Positions 18,360-28,063 of a DNA stretch of 64,000 nucleotides are shown one piece after another (positions within the stretch are counted from its first letter, which is position 1; each line of letters starts with the position of its first letter). A model generated the notes under the pieces. It searched no databases. It saw only the letters and a list, made by a program, of their open reading frames with translations, and was not told the DNA's origin. The stretch comes from a virus, in the IMG/VR virus record IMGVR_UViG_3300044633_000631, positions 14,741 to 78,740 of that record. One strand, written 5' to 3'. A program made the position numbers and the translations under genes.

Positions 18360-20309
18360 TTAATAAGTGTTATAATCTATGCCGATATAGCCTGGTTCCA
18401 CATATCCGTCTACAAAATAGGATTGTACATTTATGATAGCTTTATCAGAGATCTTACCGGTATCTGTTGGTGTTCTTTCTGGACTAATGGTACCAGTAAA
18501 TATGTCTATGGAATGAATAGTATCGACAATAACTTTATAAAAAGTTTTGGCTGTTATATCAGCTGTTTGAGAAGTGTCATGAACAGCTTTATTGAAGCCG
18601 AATAAGAATTGGTCTGAGTAAGTAAAAAGACTTGAAAGTATTTTATTAAATTCGGCTGAGAATGTGTCAAGTAACTTAGGAAAATCTTTTTCTACGGTAA
18701 AACTCTCTGATTGTAAAGGATCATCATTACCTAGTATATTATCGCTAACTAATAATGTATCAATAATTGATTTATTTATCGTTCTAAAAGATTCTTCTGA
18801 ATAAGATAAAGACGAGATGGCAGCCTTATTTGGTGACAATGATACTATATCTGAATAAACAAACGCTGTGTATAATAATCTTACGACATCCATTTGTATA
18901 GCAATACTATCAGTGCTCTTTGCAATATCAATTAAACCTTTATCAACACTAAATAATAATAATTCAGAGGTATTGAACACTTCGGATAAGTATCTATTAA
19001 ATGTTAATCGAATAGTTATTAAATCTATAGGGTTAAAAGTATTTTCAATATTCTTTGTAACAGATAGTGTTATTCTTTCTTTCGAACTAATAGATTCAAT
19101 AAATAAACGTAAAGCATCAAACTTTAATGATATAATATCAGTAAGTAAACTATTATTCTCAATCGGTTTTACTAAATCAATTGAAGCCTCTTCAATACTT
19201 CTATAGAGAGTATTAACACCCTTTACCGAATAAAAATATAATTCATGACTATGTGTCAATAACTCGCTAACATTCTTACCTATTTCAAGATATCGAGGAT
19301 CCAATGAATTGATATTAGAATTATGTACTTGATCAAACGTAATGTAGCTTATATCGTTTTCTTTAATTGAATTACTAAAGGACTTATCTAAAGTTATAGC
19401 CGCACTATCATTAGCATTATATATTGCTATTAATTTTGTAGTGACATCAAAAGATAATACCTCTGGTACAAATAGAGTTTCATTTGTGACTTTAAACATA
19501 GATGCATATTGCGCATCATCTATGTCGGCTAATCCGAATATATCATCACTACCTCGCATCGTATCTTCAATACTACGATAATATTCAACTATTCTATCTA
19601 AGATATCAGTAGCCGTAGGTATTTCTTGTAATTCTTTTTCAGTATTAAATACAACAAGTTCGCTATTACTAATAAAGTCGAGAGTTGTACGTTTAAATTC
19701 AGCAAGTAAGTCTATAGTGTCTGAAGGTATAGTACTGTCTATTAAGCCTTTATTAAACGATAGTATAGCCTCTTCAGCAGTTTGATATATATCTTCAAAG
19801 AATCTAATTATTGTTAATCGTAATATAACAGAGTCATTGTATTTAAAATTATCAGCTAAGCGTTTCTCAACTTCTATATTAAGCTTATCTTGACTTACAT
19901 TAGCATTATCTACAAGCTTTTTACCTATTGCATTGGAAATAAATTCTTGATAAGATAATGTATTAAGTAAAACTCTATTAAAGGTTGCTGCGACATATAC
20001 GACGTCTGAACTTTTAAAGTAATCTAATGCACCAGTGAATGCTCTTATATCGACTAATGAAGATTTGCCTAAATCATATTGAGCTATTGTTATATCTTTA
20101 AAAGTTTCTATTGCAATAACAGGCGTGGTTGCTACCGAAGAGACTACAGGGATTTTAGGAGCATCACCATAAACCATCTTTGAATTAACTTTACCCTCTG
20201 CTACTGTCTTCTGTGTTTGTGTAGCAATTAATGTAGGGGAAGAAACCCTAGCAATCACTTCGGCTTTAACGGGTAAATCTACATTATATGGGACAAATAT
20301 TCTAGACAT
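18360..20309 (-). CDS. repeat-rich hypothetical structural protein
   Basis: 649 aa with recurring ~19-aa K-x-L-x-D units; C-terminal YFVDGYV motif. Confidence 0.5.
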   Translation of the reverse strand: MSRIFVPYNVDLPVKAEVIARVSSPTLIATQTQKTVAEGKVNSKMVYGDAPKIPVVSSVATTPVIAIETFKDITIAQYDLGKSSLVDIRAFTGALDYFKSSDVVYVAATFNRVLLNTLSYQEFISNAIGKKLVDNANVSQDKLNIEVEKRLADNFKYNDSVILRLTIIRFFEDIYQTAEEAILSFNKGLIDSTIPSDTIDLLAEFKRTTLDFISNSELVVFNTEKELQEIPTATDILDRIVEYYRSIEDTMRGSDDIFGLADIDDAQYASMFKVTNETLFVPEVLSFDVTTKLIAIYNANDSAAITLDKSFSNSIKENDISYITFDQVHNSNINSLDPRYLEIGKNVSELLTHSHELYFYSVKGVNTLYRSIEEASIDLVKPIENNSLLTDIISLKFDALRLFIESISSKERITLSVTKNIENTFNPIDLITIRLTFNRYLSEVFNTSELLLFSVDKGLIDIAKSTDSIAIQMDVVRLLYTAFVYSDIVSLSPNKAAISSLSYSEESFRTINKSIIDTLLVSDNILGNDDPLQSESFTVEKDFPKLLDTFSAEFNKILSSLFTYSDQFLFGFNKAVHDTSQTADITAKTFYKVIVDTIHSIDIFTGTISPERTPTDTGKISDKAIINVQSYFVDGYVEPGYIGIDYNTY

Positions 20310-20898
20310 CCGCCACTAAGTCTGTAGGACTAAACAAGATTTCTACCATTCCTCTAACAGGTTTCCATGTTCTTGTAAAGAGCGACATTGTAGGCTCTGT
20401 TACTCTAAGCTCAAAGAATCCATAACTAGAAAATGTTGTAGTTGGTTGTATTGTCCATGCATAGCCTAGGGTCGATGGAAATTGTACATAAATAATATTG
20501 AGTGTCGTTACTTCCCATAACGGATCAACATTAGGTAATAGCGCACTAATTCTTGCGGCACCATAAAGTAGTCTATAGTATAAGCCATTATAGAGAACGA
20601 CATCTTCTCTGTTATATGCAGCTACAGCACTCCACGTTCCTGCATTAGTTGGAACTCTTACTACCAATTTCGCTTGATGTCCACCATTCTTTATCGTAGT
20701 TGGTGGTGATGTTTGATCTATTTCATTTGCGGCTTCAACAACAACAGCTTCCCATTTATATCCTGCAATAGTAGCGTCTTCAATAAATGATAATGTTATA
20801 GGAAATTCTAATTGCTCACCTTTAATAAATGACCATAATATACTGCCACCGTCATCTATAATGTCGTCTTTTAAATCTGTTAGCTTAGACCTTGCCAT
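20302..20898 (-). CDS. hypothetical structural protein with one carbohydrate-binding-like repeat
   Basis: WSAVAAYNREDVVLYNGLYY repeat, like those in 14110..17187. Confidence 0.55.
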   Translation of the reverse strand: MARSKLTDLKDDIIDDGGSILWSFIKGEQLEFPITLSFIEDATIAGYKWEAVVVEAANEIDQTSPPTTIKNGGHQAKLVVRVPTNAGTWSAVAAYNREDVVLYNGLYYRLLYGAARISALLPNVDPLWEVTTLNIIYVQFPSTLGYAWTIQPTTTFSSYGFFELRVTEPTMSLFTRTWKPVRGMVEILFSPTDLVADV

Positions 20899-21244
20899 TT
20901 CTTAACTCCGACCTATCTGCCTTGTTATCTAACTTACTGAGTACTTGATCCAGTTTCCTCCCTAAAGACTCGCCTAGATCTTTCAAGTCCTGTTTCTTTG
21001 CATAATGGTCTGCCATTTGCAACTCTAGGTCTTCTAGTTTGTCTAGCTTTTTAGATATTTCAGTAAGCTGTAGTTGCATATCACTGCGCTTAACGTAGTC
21101 ATTTGCGATTAATAATTTTAAAGCATTAACTTCCTTCTCAGAGTCTGCTAGGCTCGTTTGTATTCCATTTAATTTTGCTACACCTAAGGTAGCAATGAAA
21201 CTAACAATACCTAAGACTATGTTTACCCAGTCTTGTGTATCCAT
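20885..21244 (-). CDS. membrane-anchored coiled-coil protein (holin/XhlA-like candidate)
   Basis: Likely start MDTQDW at 21244; one N-terminal TM helix then coiled coil. Confidence 0.5.
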   Translation of the reverse strand: MDTQDWVNIVLGIVSFIATLGVAKLNGIQTSLADSEKEVNALKLLIANDYVKRSDMQLQLTEISKKLDKLEDLELQMADHYAKKQDLKDLGESLGRKLDQVLSKLDNKADRSELRNGKV

Positions 21245-21254
21245 TTTCAATCCT

Positions 21255-22580
21255 TTAGAAATTAAACCCACGAGAAACCCGTTTCCCGCCCGTTTGTATT
21301 GGATAGAGATATTCTGTGGCATATCTAATACCGTCAGAAAAATGCTCTATATTTTCGGACTTATCAATTGTCGCGATATCTAAGTTGCGGTCTGTCCATT
21401 TTGTTCTTTCTAAGGATAAAATAGTACCGGAACATCTAGGATGTACATACAGGTCTATTTTACCTGAAGCTGTTAATAGTTTACGGTTTACAGCAGCTAC
21501 ACTATCAATAATAGGTGGTGCAGCCCTGTGTGCTCTACATATAATGCCATATGTCTCTAATATACTAAAGTCAGTACGGCCTACTGGAGCAGAAGTCTTT
21601 CTAGCACGACCAGAAGGATCTGGATATGCATATATCTTATGGCCTTTATATTTTTCTTTAATAGCAATAGCCAGTGATTCTGTATCAGGATGCCCTTGGA
21701 ACTCATCAATAAATTGCATTTGATGCCCTCTAAGTGTGAAGACACTAGAACACTGACGCATGACGTTAAAGTCAATACATATATGAACATCTTCACCTTC
21801 CATAAGGTCTTCTAATGTAGCATCAACATGTTTCTTACGATCAAAACAGTAGAATACACTGTTGCCTGATTCAGCAAATTGTGCTAAGTATTCTGATGCC
21901 CATGTTACTGGGTCAATCTTATCTTTAATCTTTTCTATTTCTTGTTGATCTAAGAATGGCGATTGTAAATAATCATACTGATAAAATCCCCAATCAGAGT
22001 CTGATTCATGATATGTAGATAGTGTATGAAAGAAATTATATCCTTTGGGTGTACTAATAACTAATGAACGTCCAGGACTTCTAGCACCATAACTTAATGC
22101 TCTTTTGTTAGACCATCTAGTGGCAATAGTAGGCTGTATTACAGACATCCATGCGTCTTCAGCACCAAGACCTTTGGTACATGATGATATCTCATCCCAT
22201 ACGACAAAATAAGAACCCTTGCCACGCATACGTTCTACTGATTCATATGATAATAATCTTAATTCAACATTATTAGCGAACCAAAATCGTCCTAAGTCAC
22301 GGGACATTTTGATAGAATAGTCTTCCATTCCCAAGTCGTATGCTATTAAAGGAAAATAAATATCCTTTACTTGATCATAAGTAGGAGCAATGATGTACAC
22401 TGTCTTATTAGGCACCTTAGCTGCTAGCTCGAGTAATTCAAATACAGCTGTAACTGCACACACAGCAGCCATATATGATTTACCCCAACCCCTCGCGCAA
22501 CACACTACGGCGTATCTTAATTTCTGCTCTACAAATAAATGTTTATATATTTCAGATTGTGCTGGATGAAGGTTAATCAT
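21255..22580 (-). CDS. terL: terminase large subunit
   Basis: LHPAQ Q-motif, Walker A CARGWGKS, Walker B VVWDE, STPKG, nuclease IDFN and HFSDGIRY. Confidence 0.95.
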   Translation of the reverse strand: MINLHPAQSEIYKHLFVEQKLRYAVVCCARGWGKSYMAAVCAVTAVFELLELAAKVPNKTVYIIAPTYDQVKDIYFPLIAYDLGMEDYSIKMSRDLGRFWFANNVELRLLSYESVERMRGKGSYFVVWDEISSCTKGLGAEDAWMSVIQPTIATRWSNKRALSYGARSPGRSLVISTPKGYNFFHTLSTYHESDSDWGFYQYDYLQSPFLDQQEIEKIKDKIDPVTWASEYLAQFAESGNSVFYCFDRKKHVDATLEDLMEGEDVHICIDFNVMRQCSSVFTLRGHQMQFIDEFQGHPDTESLAIAIKEKYKGHKIYAYPDPSGRARKTSAPVGRTDFSILETYGIICRAHRAAPPIIDSVAAVNRKLLTASGKIDLYVHPRCSGTILSLERTKWTDRNLDIATIDKSENIEHFSDGIRYATEYLYPIQTGGKRVSRGFNF

Positions 22581-22700
22581 ATAATACTAAGTCAATGAGA
22601 TCGTTTAAAACGCATATACCTAAATACACCAATACAACAACAACCCATGTTGATGTCTCTAAAAAGGCATATGATGCAAACATAATTAAATTAGTAAACA

Positions 22701-22886
22701 TTATAATGTAATCCAAATCAAGAATGATATCGCTACTGCTGTCTGACATAGTAGGGCCTTAATTGCTAGTTGTTCGTTTTTAGGGATAAAATAAATTGTT
22801 AACATCATCAATGCTACTTGTGAGAACACAAATAACAGTTGAGCATTTTCACTCATAATCGTCGTCGTCACTATCACTATACTCAC
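22701..22886 (-). CDS. small membrane protein
   Basis: Two hydrophobic segments; real start probably MSENAQ. Confidence 0.45.
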   Translation of the reverse strand: MSIVIVTTTIMSENAQLLFVFSQVALMMLTIYFIPKNEQLAIKALLCQTAVAISFLIWITL

Positions 22887-23283
22887 CTATAATGTGTGTA
22901 TCACCTTCTTTAGTTAAATTAATAACTAATGGGGATCTCATTTTATCTTCTATAATATTAGTCTCTGGAACACGTCCATATTTATAACGCAACAGTTTAT
23001 CTGACACAGCTGTCATCTTATCTATTAGGTTCATATGTGTCTGTTCATTATACCATTTAGTCTTACCTGTAGATGTTAATGGTACTATTTTATTATCACG
23101 CCAGTCATTATAATATTGTAATTGTTCTTCTAAGAATCTATACTGGTGCACTAATGCTTCAATAGGGTCAAACCCTAAATCTTTAAGCTTAGCTACACTC
23201 AAACGTCCACCAGCAGTTAAATTACTCAGACGTTGTATCTTGACACCATCTTCTCTCTTCAGTGGCTTTGTCTGTGTGTCCAT
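22849..23283 (-). CDS. probable terminase small subunit
   Basis: 144 aa, upstream of terL; LGFDPIEAL and LLRYKYG..P motifs; acidic tail. Confidence 0.6.
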   Translation of the reverse strand: MDTQTKPLKREDGVKIQRLSNLTAGGRLSVAKLKDLGFDPIEALVHQYRFLEEQLQYYNDWRDNKIVPLTSTGKTKWYNEQTHMNLIDKMTAVSDKLLRYKYGRVPETNIIEDKMRSPLVINLTKEGDTHIIGEYSDSDDDDYE

Positions 23284-23369
23284 AGTTTACTCACATTTCA
23301 GTTTGCATTCAATGAGTTACGTCTCCGTAGCCCTCTATTTTAAAAATTAACAATTATTTATTATTAATC

Positions 23370-23389
23370 TTAGGGTTAATTTAACGGGG
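23370..23389 (-). promoter_or_regulatory. class II motif, copy 3
   Basis: TTAGGGTTAATTTAACGGGG upstream of the terminase operon. Confidence 0.7.
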
Positions 23390-23523
23390 TTTTCTATATG
23401 TCTCAGCGCTTTGCCCTTTAGGAAAAAGCCAGGGATCCCCTAAGGGATATATTTATTAGATTAATTATTATTGATTAATAACTAAGGATTAACAACTAAT
23501 GGATTATAATTCAGGGGAGCGGC

Positions 23524-23544
23524 TTTAGGGTTAATTTAACGGGG
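23524..23544 (-). promoter_or_regulatory. class II motif, copy 4
   Basis: TTTAGGGTTAATTTAACGGGG. Confidence 0.7.
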
Positions 23545-23550
23545 TTAAGT

Positions 23551-23754
23551 CTATACGACAATATAGAAAGTTGATCGTGAAGATCGACAATATGAACCAT
23601 CACTCATATACCAATTAAATTCTGTTTCTATTCCCATTGGCGGTTGTATCGTAGTATCTTGCCCTGTTATTACTACTGTTGGTGATTTATATGCTACCTG
23701 TAATGTTCTACCAATAGTATCTGTTATTGTGGAGCCTAATATTATATCGTTCAT
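23551..23754 (-). CDS. small protein, divergent member of paralog family A
   Basis: Likely start MNDIILG; ILGSTITDTIGRTLQV...WYMSDGSY. Confidence 0.45.
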   Translation of the reverse strand: MNDIILGSTITDTIGRTLQVAYKSPTVVITGQDTTIQPPMGIETEFNWYMSDGSYCRSSRSTFYIVV

Positions 23755-23757
23755 AAG

Positions 23758-23807
23758 AAAAAAAAAAATAAGGGGCCCTCCTACCACCCCGAAGGGCAGT
23801 AGGAGGG
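23758..23807 (-). terminator. intrinsic terminator-like hairpin
   Basis: CCCTCCTAC..CCC-CGAA-GGG..GTAGGAGGG (UUCG loop on minus strand) followed by a long T run. Confidence 0.7.
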
Positions 23808-23813
23808 AAAAGG

Positions 23814-23999
23814 TTAATCACGCAAGTGTAAAATTTTTACTAGAAATGAAACTGGAAATGCTAAAATTTGCCAAATTACTTTACCTATAAATCGACATAA
23901 AACTGTAAGATCATCAGGCGCATGTAAATGACAAGGCTCAATTGTTTTATTAATCATGATTTCCCCGCATTTGCCACATGAATAATATGAATCATCCAT
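23814..23999 (-). CDS. hypothetical protein (CxxC plus hydrophobic C-terminus)
   Basis: 61-aa ORF in operon. Confidence 0.5.
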   Translation of the reverse strand: MDDSYYSCGKCGEIMINKTIEPCHLHAPDDLTVLCRFIGKVIWQILAFPVSFLVKILHLRD

Positions 24000-24355
24000 T
24001 AGAATACCTCCTTAACTAAATCATGACTTGTTTCTTCATGCATGTAATATCTACCATTCTCATAAAACCAAGAACCATTGCACGCTTGACCAAGTCTAGC
24101 GGCCCAATAATTACCATAACCATCATAGTGTTTAACAACATACCGATCACCGTCTGCGTTACTATATATGTGATCAATTTCTAGTTTCATAGGCATCACT
24201 AGAGACTCATTAGCAGATGTACATACACCATTCCCAAAATACCAATCAAGCTCTTCATTGAATAAATCAACACCGACAAATTTATCATCTTTTTCATATA
24301 TTATATAAACACGATGATTGTCCCCATTTCTATATTCTTTGCAAACTTCAATCAT
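23999..24355 (-). CDS. paralog family A protein (2 domains)
   Basis: IEVCKEYRNGDNHRV... and LEIDHIYSNADGDRY...ENGRY...HDLVKEV. Confidence 0.65.
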   Translation of the reverse strand: MIEVCKEYRNGDNHRVYIIYEKDDKFVGVDLFNEELDWYFGNGVCTSANESLVMPMKLEIDHIYSNADGDRYVVKHYDGYGNYWAARLGQACNGSWFYENGRYYMHEETSHDLVKEVF

Positions 24356-24549
24356 TATCTTAACCCCATTGCCGTTTCAATTTTAGCCAGATCTTCTTCA
24401 TTTAGCAAATAGTCTGACCAAGCATTAACCTCATCATATGAAATCCTTACAGAGAAATTCTTTCCAGATTTTGAAATACATACTTCTGAGATTCTATCAA
24501 GGTTAATCAATACATTAGTTCCTTGATCTGTGACTTTTATAAAGTTCAT
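24355..24549 (-). CDS. small protein, paralog family B
   Basis: MNFIKVTDQGTNVLINLDRISEV. Confidence 0.6.
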   Translation of the reverse strand: MNFIKVTDQGTNVLINLDRISEVCISKSGKNFSVRISYDEVNAWSDYLLNEEDLAKIETAMGLR

Positions 24550-24896
24550 TTTATTTTCTCCTTTAAAGGATAGTGACTAGCGCATTCTGCTTTACCATCT
24601 ACAGCATATCGTGCAGTTGTGTGTCCGATGGTGTTAGGGTACATAATGCCGATAACAGGATACCTTCCGCTAGGGCTAATACTAGCGATAAACACGTGGT
24701 TATTCCAATGATCTAACCATGTATCCCCTGCTTTAATGTTTTCTACAACTAAATCAACAAGCCCATAACCTTCTTTAGAGTACCATTCAAGCTCACCAGT
24801 AAATGTATTCTCGCCTACGAACTGATCATGTTCTTTAAACAATATTCTAACACGTTGACCATTTGTGTTTTTATACTCTTTGTCTACTTCAATCAT
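24546..24896 (-). CDS. paralog family A protein (2 domains)
   Basis: Likely start MIEVDKEYKNTNGQRV; second domain IKAGDTW...RYPVIG...YAVDGK. Confidence 0.65.
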   Translation of the reverse strand: MIEVDKEYKNTNGQRVRILFKEHDQFVGENTFTGELEWYSKEGYGLVDLVVENIKAGDTWLDHWNNHVFIASISPSGRYPVIGIMYPNTIGHTTARYAVDGKAECASHYPLKEKIK

Positions 24897-25075
24897 TACA
24901 GTTTGCCTCATTTTGTTCAATGAAGTGATCCAGAATCTCTTGAGTGACAACAATAGTTGTCATACCTGGAATCGGTTGATTTGAATACACAGCGTTATCA
25001 TAGATAACATATGGTGTACCGACTAAACTAATAAAATATAATGCACAGTAACTCATTTCACTTCCTCAATTAAAT

Positions 25076-25741
25076 TTAATAACGCCATCTCTTCTTCGAT
25101 TCAAGCAATGCTGCAATTTTGCTTTCCATAATGTAGGGGTCTTCAATCACTTCGCGCACTTCTAAAAACTTACCATGGCGTCCTACTGAAACTATTTCGA
25201 ATGTAGCCATTTTGTACTTTGTATCTAGCACACTTCCACAGACTTGTCCGATTTTTGAAAAATGATCCTGTCCAAAATAAAGATTTACATCAATTATGCC
25301 TGACGCTCTTTCAAGGAAGCCTGTGTCTCCTACTGCGGCTCGTTTAAAATGTTTAGACTCGTTTAAGATTTTATGGCCAGCACTGCTGTCATTCTCGAAA
25401 ACATGCGGTGTACTATCAACGATTCTCTCAATTTCACCGACTGCTAAATAGGGATTTGCTACAACACTGGTGACTACTAATGTTATATTATTACCACTAC
25501 GCTTTATAATTTCGAATGTAGCTACCCTGTATTCATAAGGGAAGGCATTTCCATAAGTCGCGGGTAAATCCCCAATATGGCGTTGTTTGCCTGTTATTGG
25601 ATCAAAGACAATTACTTGCAAAGTGCTAGAGAGTTTTCTTTCACGCTGTAATGCGCCTCTATACCCTGCAGCAATACGTGGATAAAGTGCTTCTTTCTCG
25701 AATGCGCCTTTAGGTTTAAACATAGTAAATTTACAGTTCAT
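25076..25741 (-). CDS. protein with an internal duplication (HIRAN-like candidate)
   Basis: Two repeats: G.L.R....V......IG.L/V....Y(R/K)(V/M)ATFEI. Confidence 0.55.
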   Translation of the reverse strand: MNCKFTMFKPKGAFEKEALYPRIAAGYRGALQRERKLSSTLQVIVFDPITGKQRHIGDLPATYGNAFPYEYRVATFEIIKRSGNNITLVVTSVVANPYLAVGEIERIVDSTPHVFENDSSAGHKILNESKHFKRAAVGDTGFLERASGIIDVNLYFGQDHFSKIGQVCGSVLDTKYKMATFEIVSVGRHGKFLEVREVIEDPYIMESKIAALLESKKRWRY

Positions 25742-25944
25742 TGTACTTCCTCCACTAAATCGTTATCATCAAAATCGCCATTAATAAATTTTCCATCTAA
25801 TGTAAATGTCGCGGGATCTAATATCCAATCTTCATATGTTGCAGCAATAACAGGATACGTAATATCTTTATCACCGATGTACACGACTTCCCAAATCTGT
25901 CCGTCTATGCTTTTGTACTTTTTGCCCACTTCTAATTTTAACAT
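25738..25944 (-). CDS. paralog family A protein
   Basis: LEVGKKYKSIDGQ...YPVIA...FTLDGKF...NDLVEEV. Confidence 0.7.
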   Translation of the reverse strand: MLKLEVGKKYKSIDGQIWEVVYIGDKDITYPVIAATYEDWILDPATFTLDGKFINGDFDDNDLVEEVQ

Positions 25945-26146
25945 TGTGCTTCTCCACTTTTGCTATGAATGTATGAATATGATGTCCACCAAGAATATCT
26001 CCAACCCATGCCATGACAATAGGTTTCTTAGAATACATCATATTGTGTTTGTACTCAAACTTATCACCATCAATGTCAACGCCCGTGAAGGCGCTGACGT
26101 TTGACGATAATATTAAAAATAATATTATTAGAGGCATTCTTCCCAC
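25871..26146 (-). CDS. hypothetical protein with signal-peptide-like N-terminus
   Basis: MPLIILFLILSSNVSA; the 3' part overlaps the next gene, so boundaries are uncertain. Confidence 0.35.
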   Translation of the reverse strand: MGRMPLIILFLILSSNVSAFTGVDIDGDKFEYKHNMMYSKKPIVMAWVGDILGGHHIHTFIAKVEKHNVKIRSGQKVQKHRRTDLGSRVHR

Positions 26147-26337
26147 TTCTTGAATTGTTCAATTACCTTCATTGAAGTTTCTCTTGAAACAATATACCGT
26201 CTAGTGTGTTCATTTGGCCCTTTATACTTTAGCGCAATTATACGCTTATCAACAGCAATATTACGAACACTATCAGTATCAACACAAACGAGACTGCCTC
26301 TTTTTGTCATAAACTTAATTAACATAATTTGCTCCAT
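26128..26337 (-). CDS. small protein, paralog family B
   Basis: MLIKFMTKRGSLVCVDTDSVRNI. Confidence 0.55.
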   Translation of the reverse strand: MEQIMLIKFMTKRGSLVCVDTDSVRNIAVDKRIIALKYKGPNEHTRRYIVSRETSMKVIEQFKKWEECL

Positions 26338-26525
26338 TGGAATCTTAATGCACGAGCTATTTCATGCCAAGTTTCATATGTGACAGTGTGGCATTTATTG
26401 TGAGTAGGATATGAAACGCCTACATAGTACTTCTTATCATCTGAATAAAGCGCTACACTCTCTGTTGCATTAAAGTTGATTGTAATTAACTCATCTTCTG
26501 TACTCTTAATTACTATAATATTCAT
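26319..26525 (-). CDS. small protein, paralog family B
   Basis: MNIIVIKSTEDELITINFNATESV. Confidence 0.55.
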   Translation of the reverse strand: MNIIVIKSTEDELITINFNATESVALYSDDKKYYVGVSYPTHNKCHTVTYETWHEIARALRFQWSKLC

Positions 26526-26983
26526 GCGTCCATCCCAATAAATTTCATACCAAGTTCACTTCGTTGGGCATTTCTATACTCTAGTGCTTCTGTCAATGTT
26601 CTACATCTTTTTGAAATAACTTTACCTTTGTGATTCATAGCGACATCATACACAACTCTTTCAGCTGATACTGTTGGTCTAATATTTCTATAAACACTTT
26701 TAACGCTTGTGCCATCTTTCAGATATAGATTTTCAATTCTAGTGTTCTGTTTATTGTTATCAACATAGCCCAGATAATCTAATTGTGTAAGTTCATCGCC
26801 ATGATGGTATGTCCACACAAGTCGTGCCGCAACATACATTCTATGGTTTACCTGAATGATTCGATTTCTATCAGGATCGAACCTTACAGCGTTGTGGCTT
26901 TGCTTAAATTTTGAATCTCTCCAATATAAACAACCTGTTATCGCGTCATAATCGAATAGTCTTCTAACTTCTTTTTGATTCAT
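26522..26983 (-). CDS. HNH homing-endonuclease-like protein lacking catalytic His
   Basis: LFDYDAITGCLYW, AARLVWTYHHG, GYVDNNKQNTRIENL, AP2-like C-terminus. Confidence 0.7.
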   Translation of the reverse strand: MNQKEVRRLFDYDAITGCLYWRDSKFKQSHNAVRFDPDRNRIIQVNHRMYVAARLVWTYHHGDELTQLDYLGYVDNNKQNTRIENLYLKDGTSVKSVYRNIRPTVSAERVVYDVAMNHKGKVISKRCRTLTEALEYRNAQRSELGMKFIGMDA

Positions 26984-27317
26984 TTGAAATACCTCTTAGT
27001 AGTATTGAAAATTTGCCCAAGATTGGTAATGGGCTGTTTAAAGTATACATGTTAGCGATTCTGATGTTAAATGAGTCTTTGTCTTTAAACGCTATAGGCT
27101 CATTAGGCCATTCCCCGTAATACAATCTCCACGCAAGACGTGCTGCAGATGTTTGTTTTTTCGCAGAACCTGGTACACGAACTACACAGCGCACACCTCT
27201 ACTTTTACCAACGCTTTGTGTAAGACATGCATTAGCGCCATTATGCCTTGTAATTGTGCCATTAATAGCATTATAAATAAAATACCTTTCTTTAATCAAA
27301 ACTTCAAACTCTTTCAT
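26964..27317 (-). CDS. HNH homing-endonuclease-like protein lacking catalytic His
   Basis: YNAINGTIT, AARLAWRLYYGEWP, AFKDKDSFNIRIANM. Confidence 0.7.
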   Translation of the reverse strand: MKEFEVLIKERYFIYNAINGTITRHNGANACLTQSVGKSRGVRCVVRVPGSAKKQTSAARLAWRLYYGEWPNEPIAFKDKDSFNIRIANMYTLNSPLPILGKFSILLRGISNESKRS

Positions 27318-27319
27318 AA

Positions 27320-27997
27320 TTAACCTCGATTAATAAAGTCCAACACATCGCGTCCTAATGCAATTAAATCATTTTCAGAGATGTTATCAGCTAGAATCAA
27401 TATAGACCCCTCTTTAATCTCTAATAAGAATTCATAATCATTTCTTCTAAACTTAGCAATCCTACCTTCTGAACTTATAATACTAAATGTACCAGATGTA
27501 GGATCAGTGTTAAGTTTAATACCTGGTTGAGTAGAGATAATCTCTTTTAAACGCAAGAATGCTTGATCACTACCAATAGAAACTTTAACTTCCATCCCAT
27601 CGACTTTACAATTAGGGTATAAAAGCTTTAGCAGGTCTATGTGAGAGTCAAGAGAACATTTTAAAGTTTTATATTCAAGATCTACAATAGCATTTCTAGG
27701 GCGTGCTTTTAAAGCTTTTTCTATTGCCAAGCCAAGATACTCGTTGCATTTTCCTTTTTGTTTATAAGAAACAAAAGGTATTTTATCAACTAATTCAATG
27801 TAAGTTTTTAATGGCATTTGGCCACGTACTGTTGCTTCGCGAGATGTTACCATAAGGTCTTGAATAGTGACTAGTTCAATGCCCTGGATTATTAATTCAT
27901 TCGCTACTTGTACCAATGTTTTAAATTCCTTACGAGCAATATCTTCAACTTGAAGACGCACGCTATTGTTTGTATATGCTGTTAAATATCTCATCAT
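27320..27997 (-). CDS. hypothetical protein
   Basis: 225-aa ORF with GGAG RBS. Confidence 0.6.
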   Translation of the reverse strand: MMRYLTAYTNNSVRLQVEDIARKEFKTLVQVANELIIQGIELVTIQDLMVTSREATVRGQMPLKTYIELVDKIPFVSYKQKGKCNEYLGLAIEKALKARPRNAIVDLEYKTLKCSLDSHIDLLKLLYPNCKVDGMEVKVSIGSDQAFLRLKEIISTQPGIKLNTDPTSGTFSIISSEGRIAKFRRNDYEFLLEIKEGSILILADNISENDLIALGRDVLDFINRG

Positions 27998-28018
27998 TTC
28001 TTTATCTCCAGTTTTTGA

Positions 28019-28051
28019 TTAAAAACCCCTCAACCATTAAGGTCAAGGGGT
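28019..28051 (-). terminator. terminator-like hairpin
   Basis: ACCCCT..ACC-ATTAA-GGT..AGGGGT then TTTTT on minus strand, right after 28064..28678. Confidence 0.6.
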
Positions 28052-28063
28052 GTTTGTTAAAAA

